Below, piece by piece: positions 35,895-45,827 of a stretch of DNA of 64,000 bases (position 1 is the stretch's first letter; each line of letters opens with the position of its first letter). Source of the stretch: Candidatus Bathyarchaeota archaeon (GTDB lineage: Archaea > Thermoproteota > Bathyarchaeia > Bathyarchaeales > Bathycorpusculaceae). The stretch spans positions 864,001 to 928,000 of the forward strand of contig OY970280.1 in the NCBI GenBank assembly GCA_963715865.1, given 5' to 3'. The notes below the pieces were generated by a model that was given only the letters and a program-made list of their open reading frames with translations, was not told where the DNA came from and searched no databases. Both the position numbers and the translations under genes were made by a program.

Positions 35895-37580
35895 GTGCTT
35901 AGCAAACTGTGGAACAGACTCAATGCCTTGTCCTCTAAAAAGCCCTTAAAGTACTCCCTTTACCTTTCCGCAATCATCATTTTCTTTGCAATAATTCTTA
36001 TTCCACCCATCATTGGCATTCTAATAAAAATCGGAACAATCCAAAATGTCATAGACCAACCAACTTTAATGAATACAGCCTTGGGTGCAATCTCGAACTC
36101 ATTCATAATTGGTCTAGTTGTTTCCGCCTTAGACTTAATCGCTGGAGTTCCGTTGGCTTGGCTTATTACGCGTGGAAAATCAAGGTGGCTAAGCGTCCTT
36201 GACACTTTAGCTGACCTTCCCTTCGTTGTGCCAACAGCCGCCTTAGGCTATTCGCTTTTGTTGTTTTGGAACTCAAGCGGAGGAATATCCTCACTATTTG
36301 GGCCATCGCTTGTTTCTCCCGGCTGGCTTCTTGTTATGCTTTTGCATTTCACTTTTTCATTTCCAGTTGTTGTCCGCGTTATCGTAGGCGCACTGCTCGA
36401 TTACAAGATGGAGTATGAACGTGCATCAAGAACCCTTGGAGCTCCACCGTTAACAGCTTCAAGAACCGTGACTTTCCCCATTATAAAACCCTCATTAATC
36501 GCGGCGTTCTCGCTTGCATTCGCTAGGTCCCTTTCAGAGACAGGCGCTACCTTCATTGTGGCAGGAACCTTCCTGAATGGGCCAGTCTTCATCCAAACCT
36601 TAAGCAATGAATTTAAAAGCGGTTTAATACCCCAAGCCACTTATGAAGGCGCAACAGTCTTTGCAAGCATAATTTTAATTTCTGTTTCACTGGCCATTTT
36701 TGCTTTAATACGCATTTTAGGACAAAGAATAAAGCTGCCCTTCGGCCATGGCTTGCCAGTTTTCGAAAAGAAACTCAGCTACAAAAAGGCAGCGTTCTCA
36801 CGTAACAGCATCACGTTATTGGTTTTCATAGTAATAGTGCTGGTTCCTTCACTTTTCGTGGCGTTGCCAGCTTTCCAAGCAATCGCTACTGGAACCTCTT
36901 TAATTGAGGCTTTTAGCGGTTCCGGCATATGGGCAAGCTATTGGCAGAGCCTACTTCTATCGTACAGCTTAGCAGCTATAGTTACGGTTTTAGGAATCAT
37001 CATTGGCATACCCATGGCAATACTGATTGCACGCAAAACATTCGGCAAATTGCCCTCAGCAATCCTTGACACACTGATCAACGTTCCGATAATAGTGCCG
37101 TCTATAGCTTTAGGTGTTTCATTGAAGTTTTTCTGGCAAGGCATACCGGGTATACCTGAGTTTCTCCTATTGGTCTTTGCGCATTTGGCAATTACTTACC
37201 CATACTTTGTCAGGTCCATGTCGGCGGCAATGGAGCGAATAAGCGTTGACATGGAGGAAGCCGCAAAAACCTTAGGCGCTAAACCCTTCACTGTTTTTCG
37301 GACAATTGTATTGCCACTTGCAAAGTACTCGATTCTTTCTGGCGCAATCATTGTTTTTACAAGAAGCGTAAGCGAAACAGGTGCAACATTAGCTGTAACT
37401 TCAAGGCTGCAGACGGCGCCTGTGCTGCTTGTCAACTGGGTTAATTCACTTAGAGGAACCGTAGCGCCAATCCCCGGGGTCAACGCGCTAACTGTAGGTT
37501 TAGCATGCGGCTTCTTGATACTGTTCAGTTTCATAATATTGTTAGTTTTGAGGCTTTTAACTAGAAAAGGAAAGTATTAG
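35895..37580 (+). CDS. ABC importer permease, two fused domains (Fe3+/thiamine/molybdate-tungstate class)
   Basis: Two EAA-like loops (ERASRTLGA, EEAAKTLGA). Confidence 0.88.
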   Translation: MLSKLWNRLNALSSKKPLKYSLYLSAIIIFFAIILIPPIIGILIKIGTIQNVIDQPTLMNTALGAISNSFIIGLVVSALDLIAGVPLAWLITRGKSRWLSVLDTLADLPFVVPTAALGYSLLLFWNSSGGISSLFGPSLVSPGWLLVMLLHFTFSFPVVVRVIVGALLDYKMEYERASRTLGAPPLTASRTVTFPIIKPSLIAAFSLAFARSLSETGATFIVAGTFLNGPVFIQTLSNEFKSGLIPQATYEGATVFASIILISVSLAIFALIRILGQRIKLPFGHGLPVFEKKLSYKKAAFSRNSITLLVFIVIVLVPSLFVALPAFQAIATGTSLIEAFSGSGIWASYWQSLLLSYSLAAIVTVLGIIIGIPMAILIARKTFGKLPSAILDTLINVPIIVPSIALGVSLKFFWQGIPGIPEFLLLVFAHLAITYPYFVRSMSAAMERISVDMEEAAKTLGAKPFTVFRTIVLPLAKYSILSGAIIVFTRSVSETGATLAVTSRLQTAPVLLVNWVNSLRGTVAPIPGVNALTVGLACGFLILFSFIILLVLRLLTRKGKY

Positions 37581-37630
37581 AATGGCAACTGATAAAAGCT
37601 TTAAAACTGTTTCAAAGGGAGAGTTAACTT

Positions 37631-38731
37631 ATGCCTGAAGTCCGAATCGTTAACGTAACAAAAAAGTACGGAAAAATCTACGCGTTAGACAACGTTAGCT
37701 TAACTATATATGACAAAGAATATTTCTCTCTTCTGGGACCAAGCGGATGCGGAAAAACCACACTTCTTAGGCTTATAGCGGGACTTATTGAACCTGACAG
37801 CGGCGAAATCTACATCGGCGGCAGACGCGTTGATAAAGTGCCTCCTGAAGACCGAGACGTAGGCTTTGTATTCCAAACTTTCGCGTTGTTTCCACACATG
37901 ACCGCATGGGGTAACGTAATTTACGGTCCAAAAGTCAAGAACTATGATGCAAAAAAGGCAGATACGATTGGGCATGAAGTTCTGGAGCTTGTAAAGCTTG
38001 ACGAGCGCTTAAACGCTTATCCCAGTGAACTAAGCGGAGGTATGATGCAGAGAATAGCTGTTGCCCGCGCGTTGGCTGCAGGCGCCAAAACCTTGCTTTT
38101 AGACGAACCGCTTGGTCAGTTGGATGCTAAAGTAAGAAATGAAATACGATATGAAATCAGAAGAATGGCGAAAGATCTCAAATTAACGGCTATTCATGTG
38201 ACGCATGACCAAGCGGAAGCCATGTCAATCTCGGATAGAATTGCAGTAATGAAGAAAGGAAAAATCGTGCAGATTGGAACTCCACAGGAACTTTATATGC
38301 ATCCGAAGAGCTTGTTTGTTGCCCACTTTATCGGGGAATCCAACTTTTTAGAAGGCTACATTACTAAGGCAAATGGTAAACTCTCGGAAATAGAGTTACG
38401 GGATGGATTAAGAGTTAAGGCCGTAAATCCAGACATCAAGCAAGGCGAAAGAATAGTTTTAGCTATAAGACCCGAAACTTGCGAAATTAAAAAAGGCCGC
38501 AGTTCTATTGAAAATGGATTGTTTGGAAAAATTGAAAAAATCACTTTCGAAGGAACTATTGTTCGTTATGAAATTAGGCTTGAAAATGGAGACCGTTTGG
38601 TAATCAACCGGCCTTCGTTGACTGAGGAATGGGTTGACGTTGGTGAAGAAGTCACAATTACTTATCCGCTTGAAAAGGCTTATCTCTTTGCGTACCCTGA
38701 AGCTGGTTTAACTGAGGAAATTTCGGTTTAA
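37631..38731 (+). CDS. ABC importer ATP-binding subunit with TOBE domain
   Basis: GPSGCGKT, LSGGM, LLLDEP, HVTHDQ. Confidence 0.92.
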   Translation: MPEVRIVNVTKKYGKIYALDNVSLTIYDKEYFSLLGPSGCGKTTLLRLIAGLIEPDSGEIYIGGRRVDKVPPEDRDVGFVFQTFALFPHMTAWGNVIYGPKVKNYDAKKADTIGHEVLELVKLDERLNAYPSELSGGMMQRIAVARALAAGAKTLLLDEPLGQLDAKVRNEIRYEIRRMAKDLKLTAIHVTHDQAEAMSISDRIAVMKKGKIVQIGTPQELYMHPKSLFVAHFIGESNFLEGYITKANGKLSEIELRDGLRVKAVNPDIKQGERIVLAIRPETCEIKKGRSSIENGLFGKIEKITFEGTIVRYEIRLENGDRLVINRPSLTEEWVDVGEEVTITYPLEKAYLFAYPEAGLTEEISV

Positions 38732-38834
38732 GGCTCTTTAAGCGTTGATTTGCCTGTTTTCTACTATGAAGCGGCAATGTTTTAATTTGGTTTTTTTTCA
38801 ATTACCTTTTTAAGAATCTTACATCTTTTTCTTT

Positions 38835-40364
38835 ATGAGGGTAACCATGGGGCTAAAAAGTGATTCTCTTATAGCGTATAATATTTTAGAAAAACGAATT
38901 ATTAATTCTGGCCTTTGCACGCTATGCGGAGCGTGTGAAGCCGCATGCCCAGTTGGTGCCTTACATATCGACGGCGAAAAAGTCAAACGCACATACGATT
39001 GCTCCAAAGATATGGATTTGTGTCCTATTTGCTATGAAATTTGCCCCCATTCGGAAGCGCTCCTGCTTCGAAGCTTGAGTTTCGTCGCAGATGCTCCAGT
39101 GAAGAACGAGGCGTTAGGTTATTACCGAAAAATTGTGCTGTCTCAAGCCGTAGACCCTAAGATACGCAAGTTAAGCCACGGTGGAGGTGTTGTCACTTCG
39201 CTGCTTAAATTTGGCATTGAAAACAAAGTTTTCGATAGCGCCATTGTCTCTCAGGGTGAACCTGAAAATCCTGCTAAACCTAAGCCTTCCGTGGCGCTGG
39301 TGCCTGACGATATACTTTCAGCAGTAGGAAGCAAGTTCTTTCCCTCTTCAGTAGCCAAAGCATATGGAAGTGCAGTGTACGGTTATGGAAAAACAAACAT
39401 TGCCTTCGTAGGCGTTCCCTGTCACGTGTTGGCTCTTCGTAAGCTGCAGGCTTGGCAGCATAAAATTAGTGGCAACTTAAAGATAACAATCGGCCTCTTC
39501 TGCTTCGGCACGCTCTCGCTTAGCGCCTTGCTTGAATACATAAAAAAGAAATATAATGTCGAGCCGTCAGACATCAAACAAATTCGCTTATCATCAAAAC
39601 TTGTATTTCAAACAGAAAAAGGCGAAATCAGGCTTCCATTATCTGAGGTTTCAGACCACATCCTGCCTAGTTGCCGCAAATGCACAGATTTTACTTCTGA
39701 ACTCGCCGACATATCCGTTGGAGGAGCCTATCCTTTGAAGGATTGGTCAACAGTGATTATCAGAACAAAGGCTGGAGAAGACTTCTTCTATAAAGCAGTT
39801 GAAAACGGCATCATCAACACTTGGGTCATAGAAGAGGAACCCACAGTTATCGAGCGTGTAATGGTTGCAGCTATGCAAAAGCGAACAGCAGGCCTCAAAA
39901 AAGCTAAAGAAATGGAAGAAACCAGCGGATATCTTCCTGCACTTTTGCTTAGAGAAACAGATGCTCTTGCCAACATAAAGATTGGTGACATAATGGCTAA
40001 GAACGTTAAGACACTAACACAGAACACTACTGTACACCAATTCTTAGATTTGGTAGCAAGAAACCACCACATAGGCTATCCCTTAGTAAACGAAAACAAT
40101 GAGCCTGTTGGCTGGGTGACTCTAGAAGAAGCTGCAAGCGTTGACAAAAACAAGAGAAACGAAACTTTAGTTAGCCAAATAGCCCGGCGAAAACTCGTGA
40201 CCGCTTACCCCGATGAAACCGCTTTAGATGCCTTCAAAAGAATGAGCGAAATTGAAACAGGACGTGTTCTCGTCTTAGACAGGGCTGACCCGAAGAAACT
40301 TTTGGGCGTTGTAACTAAAACTGACCTAATGCATATTTTAACGAAAGCAGCAAACAACCGCTAA
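38835..40364 (+). CDS. F420 hydrogenase/dehydrogenase beta subunit (FrhB/FpoF-like) with N-terminal 2x[4Fe-4S] and C-terminal CBS pair
   Basis: CTLCGACEAACP, CPICYEICP, HGGGVVT, VGVPC, IGLFC, ADISVG; CBS domains at the C-terminus. Confidence 0.88.
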   Translation: MRVTMGLKSDSLIAYNILEKRIINSGLCTLCGACEAACPVGALHIDGEKVKRTYDCSKDMDLCPICYEICPHSEALLLRSLSFVADAPVKNEALGYYRKIVLSQAVDPKIRKLSHGGGVVTSLLKFGIENKVFDSAIVSQGEPENPAKPKPSVALVPDDILSAVGSKFFPSSVAKAYGSAVYGYGKTNIAFVGVPCHVLALRKLQAWQHKISGNLKITIGLFCFGTLSLSALLEYIKKKYNVEPSDIKQIRLSSKLVFQTEKGEIRLPLSEVSDHILPSCRKCTDFTSELADISVGGAYPLKDWSTVIIRTKAGEDFFYKAVENGIINTWVIEEEPTVIERVMVAAMQKRTAGLKKAKEMEETSGYLPALLLRETDALANIKIGDIMAKNVKTLTQNTTVHQFLDLVARNHHIGYPLVNENNEPVGWVTLEEAASVDKNKRNETLVSQIARRKLVTAYPDETALDAFKRMSEIETGRVLVLDRADPKKLLGVVTKTDLMHILTKAANNR

Positions 40365-40424
40365 ATCACCTTTATTAAGGTAACTCACGTTAATTTATCA
40401 ATTAATTCAGGTTGCCCTGATTTT

Positions 40425-40922
40425 ATGGCTGAATGCCCTGCAGAAAAAAAGCAAGGAACCAATTCTTTAGCACTTACTTTATTGATTATAATAGCTGTTG
40501 TGGCTGTTTTTGGCGTCGTTTTGAGTTTAGTTTATCCAGAATTTATTAGCCTGCTATCTGGAGGAACGTATGTCTCGGGTGGTGCTATTTACGATGCGAT
40601 TTATGTTGTGCTTACCATGGCCGCTGATGCGCTCTATCTTTTCGGCGGTGGTGTGATGGCTTTTGGCGCCATATTGGTAACGATCCGTTTTATTCAATAT
40701 AAACTTAAGGATCCTTTTCAATCATCATCTTCTACGCGTTTCTTGTCAGGATATTTAACGTTAAGTCTGAACTTTTTTATTGGCGCAGAAATCATCCGTA
40801 CAGTGGCTGTTAGATCTATTCCCGAGTTCGAATTGCTTTTTTTGGTAATTTTCAGCCGGGGTCTCTTCAGCTTGATTCTTTACTTGGAAAGAAGATGGCA
40901 TGGGACAACAGAGACAGAATAA
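40425..40922 (+). CDS. DUF1622-like membrane protein
   Basis: YLTLSLNFFIGAEIIRTV..R..FSLILYLE pattern. Confidence 0.65.
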   Translation: MAECPAEKKQGTNSLALTLLIIIAVVAVFGVVLSLVYPEFISLLSGGTYVSGGAIYDAIYVVLTMAADALYLFGGGVMAFGAILVTIRFIQYKLKDPFQSSSSTRFLSGYLTLSLNFFIGAEIIRTVAVRSIPEFELLFLVIFSRGLFSLILYLERRWHGTTETE

Positions 40923-41220
40923 TCCTTCTTTTCCCTCTGCTTGGCAATTTGTTAAAGACCATGGAGTTCGCGCTGTTTCAGTTGTTAATATTTAAATCTG
41001 AGTACCATACTTTATAGAGAACTAGCTCGGGGTAGTATGGGAGAACAAAGAGCAGTACGAGAGAGTATTGTCGATAACATTGTTTGTTTGCACAGCTTTT
41101 ATGCAGATAAACTTATATACGTTCATAATACCGCTCTTGGTTATAACAAGTGCAAATTTAACTCTACCCTTGAGGCAGCTTTAATGATTAAAAGCAAAAG
41201 CATTAATGGAGAAATGTCGC

Positions 41221-41550
41221 ATGCTTGTTGAAGCCCTCATCGCATTTATATTAATATTCATATCAACATTAGTAATCTACACTTTGGGCAAAAGGTCAGC
41301 GCCTAAAACCACCATAAGCGAAAACGAGCAAGCATCATACGCTTGTGGAGAAAAAGTGTCATTCCACGGGTTAAAAGTCAACGTATCCCTATATAAGTAC
41401 CTAATTTACTTCGTAATCTTTGACTCGTCCGTCATATTGCTAGCTTTTGCTTCTTTTGCACTAGCAGGCACAAATCCGCTGCTCTTAATCCTTTACCTTG
41501 GCATAATTCTTGCCGCCGGCTTGGTTCTTTTGGAAGGAGGTAAAGACTAA
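41221..41550 (+). CDS. NuoA-like membrane subunit
   Basis: YACGE, YLIYFVIFD; start of hydrogenase operon. Confidence 0.85.
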   Translation: MLVEALIAFILIFISTLVIYTLGKRSAPKTTISENEQASYACGEKVSFHGLKVNVSLYKYLIYFVIFDSSVILLAFASFALAGTNPLLLILYLGIILAAGLVLLEGGKD

Positions 41551-42116
41551 TGGCAAACACAGTAACATGGGCACGAGTAAAATCACCATGGGTCTTGCAC
41601 TTCAACTCAGGCGCCTGCAACGGATGCGACATAGAAATAGTCGCCTTACTCACCCCAAAATATGATGTTGAACGCTTCGGCGTAAAACTCGAGCCTTCGC
41701 CAAGACACGCAGACGTCCTACTAGTAACAGGCGGCGTCACACACCAATGTGCAGAACGACTAAAACGAGTTTACGACCAAATGCCACAACCCAAATTCGT
41801 CGTAGCCATCGGCGCTTGCGCGTGCTCAGGCGGAGTTTTTGCAGGATGCTACAATGTGGTCGGCGGCGTAGACAAAGTAATTCCAGTTACAGCTTACATA
41901 CCTGGATGCCCACCGCGTCCAGAAGCAATCTTAGATGGCGTTGTCAAACTTTTAAACGCGTTAAGTCCACCAAAACCAAAGAAGCAGCCTAAACAAGAAA
42001 AGCCTCTTGAATTGCCTATGGAAGAGGCAAAGCCTGAGGCTACAAAACAAGAAGCAGTAGCCCCACAAGAGGTTAAACCCAACATTGAGGAGGCAAAAAC
42101 AGATGCCAAGCAGTAA
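41550..42116 (+). CDS. Group 4 [NiFe]-hydrogenase small subunit (NuoB-like)
   Basis: GACNGCDIE, SPRHADVLLVTG, GACACSGG, PGCPPRP. Confidence 0.93.
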   Translation: MANTVTWARVKSPWVLHFNSGACNGCDIEIVALLTPKYDVERFGVKLEPSPRHADVLLVTGGVTHQCAERLKRVYDQMPQPKFVVAIGACACSGGVFAGCYNVVGGVDKVIPVTAYIPGCPPRPEAILDGVVKLLNALSPPKPKKQPKQEKPLELPMEEAKPEATKQEAVAPQEVKPNIEEAKTDAKQ

Positions 42117-43674
42117 CATAGACATTATCAACGTAATCGAATCCAAGCTTAAGGATAAAGTCCAAATTCAAATAGGGCAACTTAGCACAGCCACAATAAT
42201 TACCAACAATGGCTTGCACAGAGACGTACTTAAAGCTATGATGGACGCAGACGAGAAAACCGCCATTATAACCATCACAGGCATAGACTTGGGCGCAAAC
42301 ATCGGCGTCTACTACCATGTACGCACATCAAATGCTTTCCTAACAATCAAAGCTGAGGTTCCCAAAGACAATCCCAAAATCCAAACAATAACCGACATCA
42401 TTCCAGGTGCGGTCTTCCACGAAATGGAAGTAATGGACCTTTTAGGCGTAGTCTTCGAGGGGCATCCAAACCCAGGGCGGATTGTCTTACCAGAAAATTG
42501 GCCACAAGGCGTTTACCCGCTTAGAAAAGATTTTAAAGCAAGCGAGGTTAAGCTGGAGCCTCCCAAGGCAGAAGCTAAGACTTCAGATGAAGAAAAACTC
42601 GTAAAAATTATCATTGGTCCTCAGCATCCTGCACTATTGGAGCCAGAAAAATTCGCCGTAACAGTTGACGGCGAAACCGTAACTAATGTTATACCTAGAA
42701 TCGGCTATGTACACCGGGGTGTAGAAAAAGCATCTGAATCCCGCACTTACCTTCAGGATGTTTACTTATGTGAGCGTATCTGCGGCATATGCAACAGCAT
42801 ACACGCTTGTGCCTTCGTTGAAACTGTTGAAAAAATATTAAAAACTGAGATCCCGCCAAGAGCCAAGTACCTGCGAGTAATAACTTTAGAACTTAACAGG
42901 CTACATAGCCACTTATTAACACTGGGTCATGCCGGGCTAGAAATTGGTTACGAAACTTTGTTCCAGTACTTCTGGCGCGACCGTGAACCAATCATGGATT
43001 TAATTGAGTTAACTAGCGGCAACCGTGTTTTATCATCAGTCATGACTGTAGGCGGTGTGAGACGAGACCTAAAAGACAGCGATATACCTAAAATCAAGAC
43101 AACCTTGGCGGATCTAAGAAAGAAATTGCCGTTCTACAGGCAAATCTACGAAAACGAGCCTTCAATAAAGATGCGTATGAAAAAGGTAGGCACACTCAAA
43201 AGAGAAGATGCATTGAAACTTTGCGTTGTTGGTCCAGTAGCCCGAGGATCAGGCGTTGACATTGATGTGCGTAAGGATGAGCCTTACGAGGTGTATGGCG
43301 AGATTCCATTCAAAGAAATAGTTTACACCGCTGGCGATACATGGGCGAGAATGAATGTCCGTATGGATGAAGTTGAAGAAAGCATCAACATAATCGAATA
43401 TGCAATCGACCACTTACCAACAGGACCATTCAGAGTTAAGGCGCCCAGGGTTGTGCCTGCAGGCGAAGCGGTAAACCGCGTTGAAGCTCCAAGAGGCGAA
43501 CTATTCTACTACATTAAAAGCAACGGCACGGCTTTTCCAGAACGCGTTAAAGTGCGCACTCCAACTTTCTCTAATATTCCAGCTTTCCTCAAAACAGCAA
43601 TAGGTGAGAACATAGCTGACATTCCTCCAAACTTTGTTAGCTTAGACCCATGCTTCTCATGCACTGACAGGTAA
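42103..43674 (+). CDS. Fused NuoC-like domain plus [NiFe]-hydrogenase large subunit
   Basis: NuoC part (EVMDLLGVVFEGHP..YPLRK); L1 ERICGIC and L2 DPCFSC motifs. Confidence 0.93.
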   Translation: MPSSNIDIINVIESKLKDKVQIQIGQLSTATIITNNGLHRDVLKAMMDADEKTAIITITGIDLGANIGVYYHVRTSNAFLTIKAEVPKDNPKIQTITDIIPGAVFHEMEVMDLLGVVFEGHPNPGRIVLPENWPQGVYPLRKDFKASEVKLEPPKAEAKTSDEEKLVKIIIGPQHPALLEPEKFAVTVDGETVTNVIPRIGYVHRGVEKASESRTYLQDVYLCERICGICNSIHACAFVETVEKILKTEIPPRAKYLRVITLELNRLHSHLLTLGHAGLEIGYETLFQYFWRDREPIMDLIELTSGNRVLSSVMTVGGVRRDLKDSDIPKIKTTLADLRKKLPFYRQIYENEPSIKMRMKKVGTLKREDALKLCVVGPVARGSGVDIDVRKDEPYEVYGEIPFKEIVYTAGDTWARMNVRMDEVEESINIIEYAIDHLPTGPFRVKAPRVVPAGEAVNRVEAPRGELFYYIKSNGTAFPERVKVRTPTFSNIPAFLKTAIGENIADIPPNFVSLDPCFSCTDR

Positions 43675-43680
43675 CAATGA

Positions 43681-44670
43681 ATGATTGACTTCGACCTAAT
43701 CTTCCGAATACTTGTCTTCCCCGGCTTCACATTCATACTATTGTTAACTTTATTCTGCGATTGGCTTGAGCGAAAACTCGAAGCCCGCATACAAAACCGT
43801 GTTGGCCCCATGGTCGCAGGACCAGCTGGAATTCTCCAGCCGTTAGCAGACTTCATAAAGCTATTAACAAAAGAAGACATTGAACCAAGAGACGCAAAGA
43901 AAACAATCTTTAAGTTTGCACCCCTCGTAGCGTTCACAATTATGGTTTTCGCAACATGCTTCTTGCCCATTGATGGTGCAAGCGTACTTTCCGCCAGCGG
44001 GTTCAATGGTGATTTAATCATTATTTTGGCACTTGTTACAATTGCTAACTTTCTATTGTTCCTTTCTGGATGGGCATCCTGCAACCCTTATGGCTCTATT
44101 GGCTCAGCAAGGGTGTTAACCCAGTTCCTAGGGTATGATATACCGCTTTCCCTGCTCGCATTAACACCAGCATTTATCGCTGGAAGCTTAAGCATTGCAG
44201 TCATAGCTTCAAGCCAGATTATCCCATTCATAATTTTGGCGCCATGGGCTTTCGTGTTGTTCATAATAACTATGCAGGCAGAACTGGAAAAAGATCCCTT
44301 TGACATTCCGCATGCAGATAGTGAAGTGGTCGGTGGATTAGAAACCGAGTACACAGGCGGCAAACTAGCCTTTCTTCACTTAACGCGTGACGTGCAAATC
44401 GTTTTTGGAGCGGCATTAGTAGTTGAATTGTTCCTTGGCGGGCCATACGGGCCAGTATTCTTTGGGTTCCCAGCGTTCTGGTACTCTTTGTGGTTTGTGC
44501 TGAAACTGTTAGCGGTCGTAGTAGTCACCGAGTACATTTCATGTGTATTTGCGAGGTTGCGCATTGACCAGGTATTGTCAGCTAACTGGAAAATACTCTT
44601 GCCCTCAGCATTATTATCGCTAATGCTAACCGTAGCATTGGTTACATGGATTTATCCAATGGTGGTGTAA
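43681..44670 (+). CDS. NuoH-like membrane subunit
   Basis: QNRVGP, QPLADFIKLLTKE, PFDIPHADSE. Confidence 0.93.
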   Translation: MIDFDLIFRILVFPGFTFILLLTLFCDWLERKLEARIQNRVGPMVAGPAGILQPLADFIKLLTKEDIEPRDAKKTIFKFAPLVAFTIMVFATCFLPIDGASVLSASGFNGDLIIILALVTIANFLLFLSGWASCNPYGSIGSARVLTQFLGYDIPLSLLALTPAFIAGSLSIAVIASSQIIPFIILAPWAFVLFIITMQAELEKDPFDIPHADSEVVGGLETEYTGGKLAFLHLTRDVQIVFGAALVVELFLGGPYGPVFFGFPAFWYSLWFVLKLLAVVVVTEYISCVFARLRIDQVLSANWKILLPSALLSLMLTVALVTWIYPMVV

Positions 44671-44671
44671 A

Positions 44672-45049
44672 ATGGCGAAAAAATCCCGTGTATCTCCAAT
44701 GTTTAAAAGAGCTGTATCGCATATCTTTACCAAACCAGCAACAACCAAGTATCCCTTTGTGAAACCAACGCTTCCCGATGACTTCCGAGGCCAACAAGTG
44801 TACGACATTAAATTATGCATCAGTTGCGGTCTATGCAGCCGAGATTGCCCTGCAAAAGCAATTGAAATGGTTGAAGTTGAAGGCAAAAGGCGCCCACAAT
44901 TCAAGCTGGACCAATGCATTTTCTGTTACCAATGTGCTGAAAGCTGCCCTAGAAACGCAATTAAAAGCTCAGTGTTCTACGAGTTAGCCACAACCGATAA
45001 ATCCTCATTAGTCCTAAAGCCTCAAGCAAGTGTTCAAAAAGGTGCATAA
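44672..45049 (+). CDS. NuoI-like 2x[4Fe-4S] subunit
   Basis: CISCGLCSRDCP, CIFCYQCAESCP. Confidence 0.92.
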   Translation: MAKKSRVSPMFKRAVSHIFTKPATTKYPFVKPTLPDDFRGQQVYDIKLCISCGLCSRDCPAKAIEMVEVEGKRRPQFKLDQCIFCYQCAESCPRNAIKSSVFYELATTDKSSLVLKPQASVQKGA

Positions 45050-45051
45050 CA

Positions 45052-45513
45052 ATGATCCTTGAAGCCCTCTCAATAGGCTTAATAGTTTCCGCTTGCCTAG
45101 CCCTGTTTCTCGATGAAGCCGTTTATTCTGTTGCCGCTTTGGCAGGAACTTTTCTTTTTACAGCATTAATTTACGTGTTAAACGGCGCGGTTTTTGTAGC
45201 AATTTTCCAGTTTGCGGTTGGTGTAGGCACGTTAGCCATCCTGTTTTTATCAGGAGAAATGTTGAGTGATAAACCAACAAAGAAAACCTCGCCTAAAAAC
45301 ACCGTAGCCTTGATTGGTACAGGAGTAGTTCTATCGTTACCAGCAATTTTCCTTTCCGTTTCAGGTTCAGCGGGTTCGGGTTCCAATGTTTCTTTTGGTG
45401 ATGCCTTATGGAACCTAAGAGGCGTGGATGTTATTTTGCAAGGCTTAGTTATTTTGACGTTGGCGTTAGGAATCGCTATCGTCTTGTATGAGAAGAAGAA
45501 CGGTGGAAAATAA
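45052..45513 (+). CDS. NuoJ-like membrane subunit
   Basis: Hydrophobic; AVFVAIFQFAVGVG; operon position. Confidence 0.82.
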   Translation: MILEALSIGLIVSACLALFLDEAVYSVAALAGTFLFTALIYVLNGAVFVAIFQFAVGVGTLAILFLSGEMLSDKPTKKTSPKNTVALIGTGVVLSLPAIFLSVSGSAGSGSNVSFGDALWNLRGVDVILQGLVILTLALGIAIVLYEKKNGGK

Positions 45514-45827
45514 TGGACTTTGTAATTTTATCGCTGGCAATGCTGGCAATCGGCATCTACGGCTTGCTAACCAAACGGCAACTCTTGAAAGTGTTCATTT
45601 CTATTGAGTTAATCGCTACTGGTGCAACGTTGAATTTTGTGACGCTTGCTTCTGCCATGGGTAAAGGTTTAGGCGAAGCGTTTCTGATCTTGGCGTTTTC
45701 TACAGATACTGCCGTTAGTGCGGTAATTTTGGCGTTGCTTGTTATTGTATCGAAAAAGTATGGAACAAGTGACATCAGTGAAATAATAAAGATGGAAGAT
45801 AAAGATGAAAGTGAGGCTGAACTATAG
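45513..45827 (+). CDS. NuoK/MnhC-like membrane subunit
   Basis: GIYGLLTKRQLLKVFISIE. Confidence 0.85.
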   Translation: MDFVILSLAMLAIGIYGLLTKRQLLKVFISIELIATGATLNFVTLASAMGKGLGEAFLILAFSTDTAVSAVILALLVIVSKKYGTSDISEIIKMEDKDESEAEL

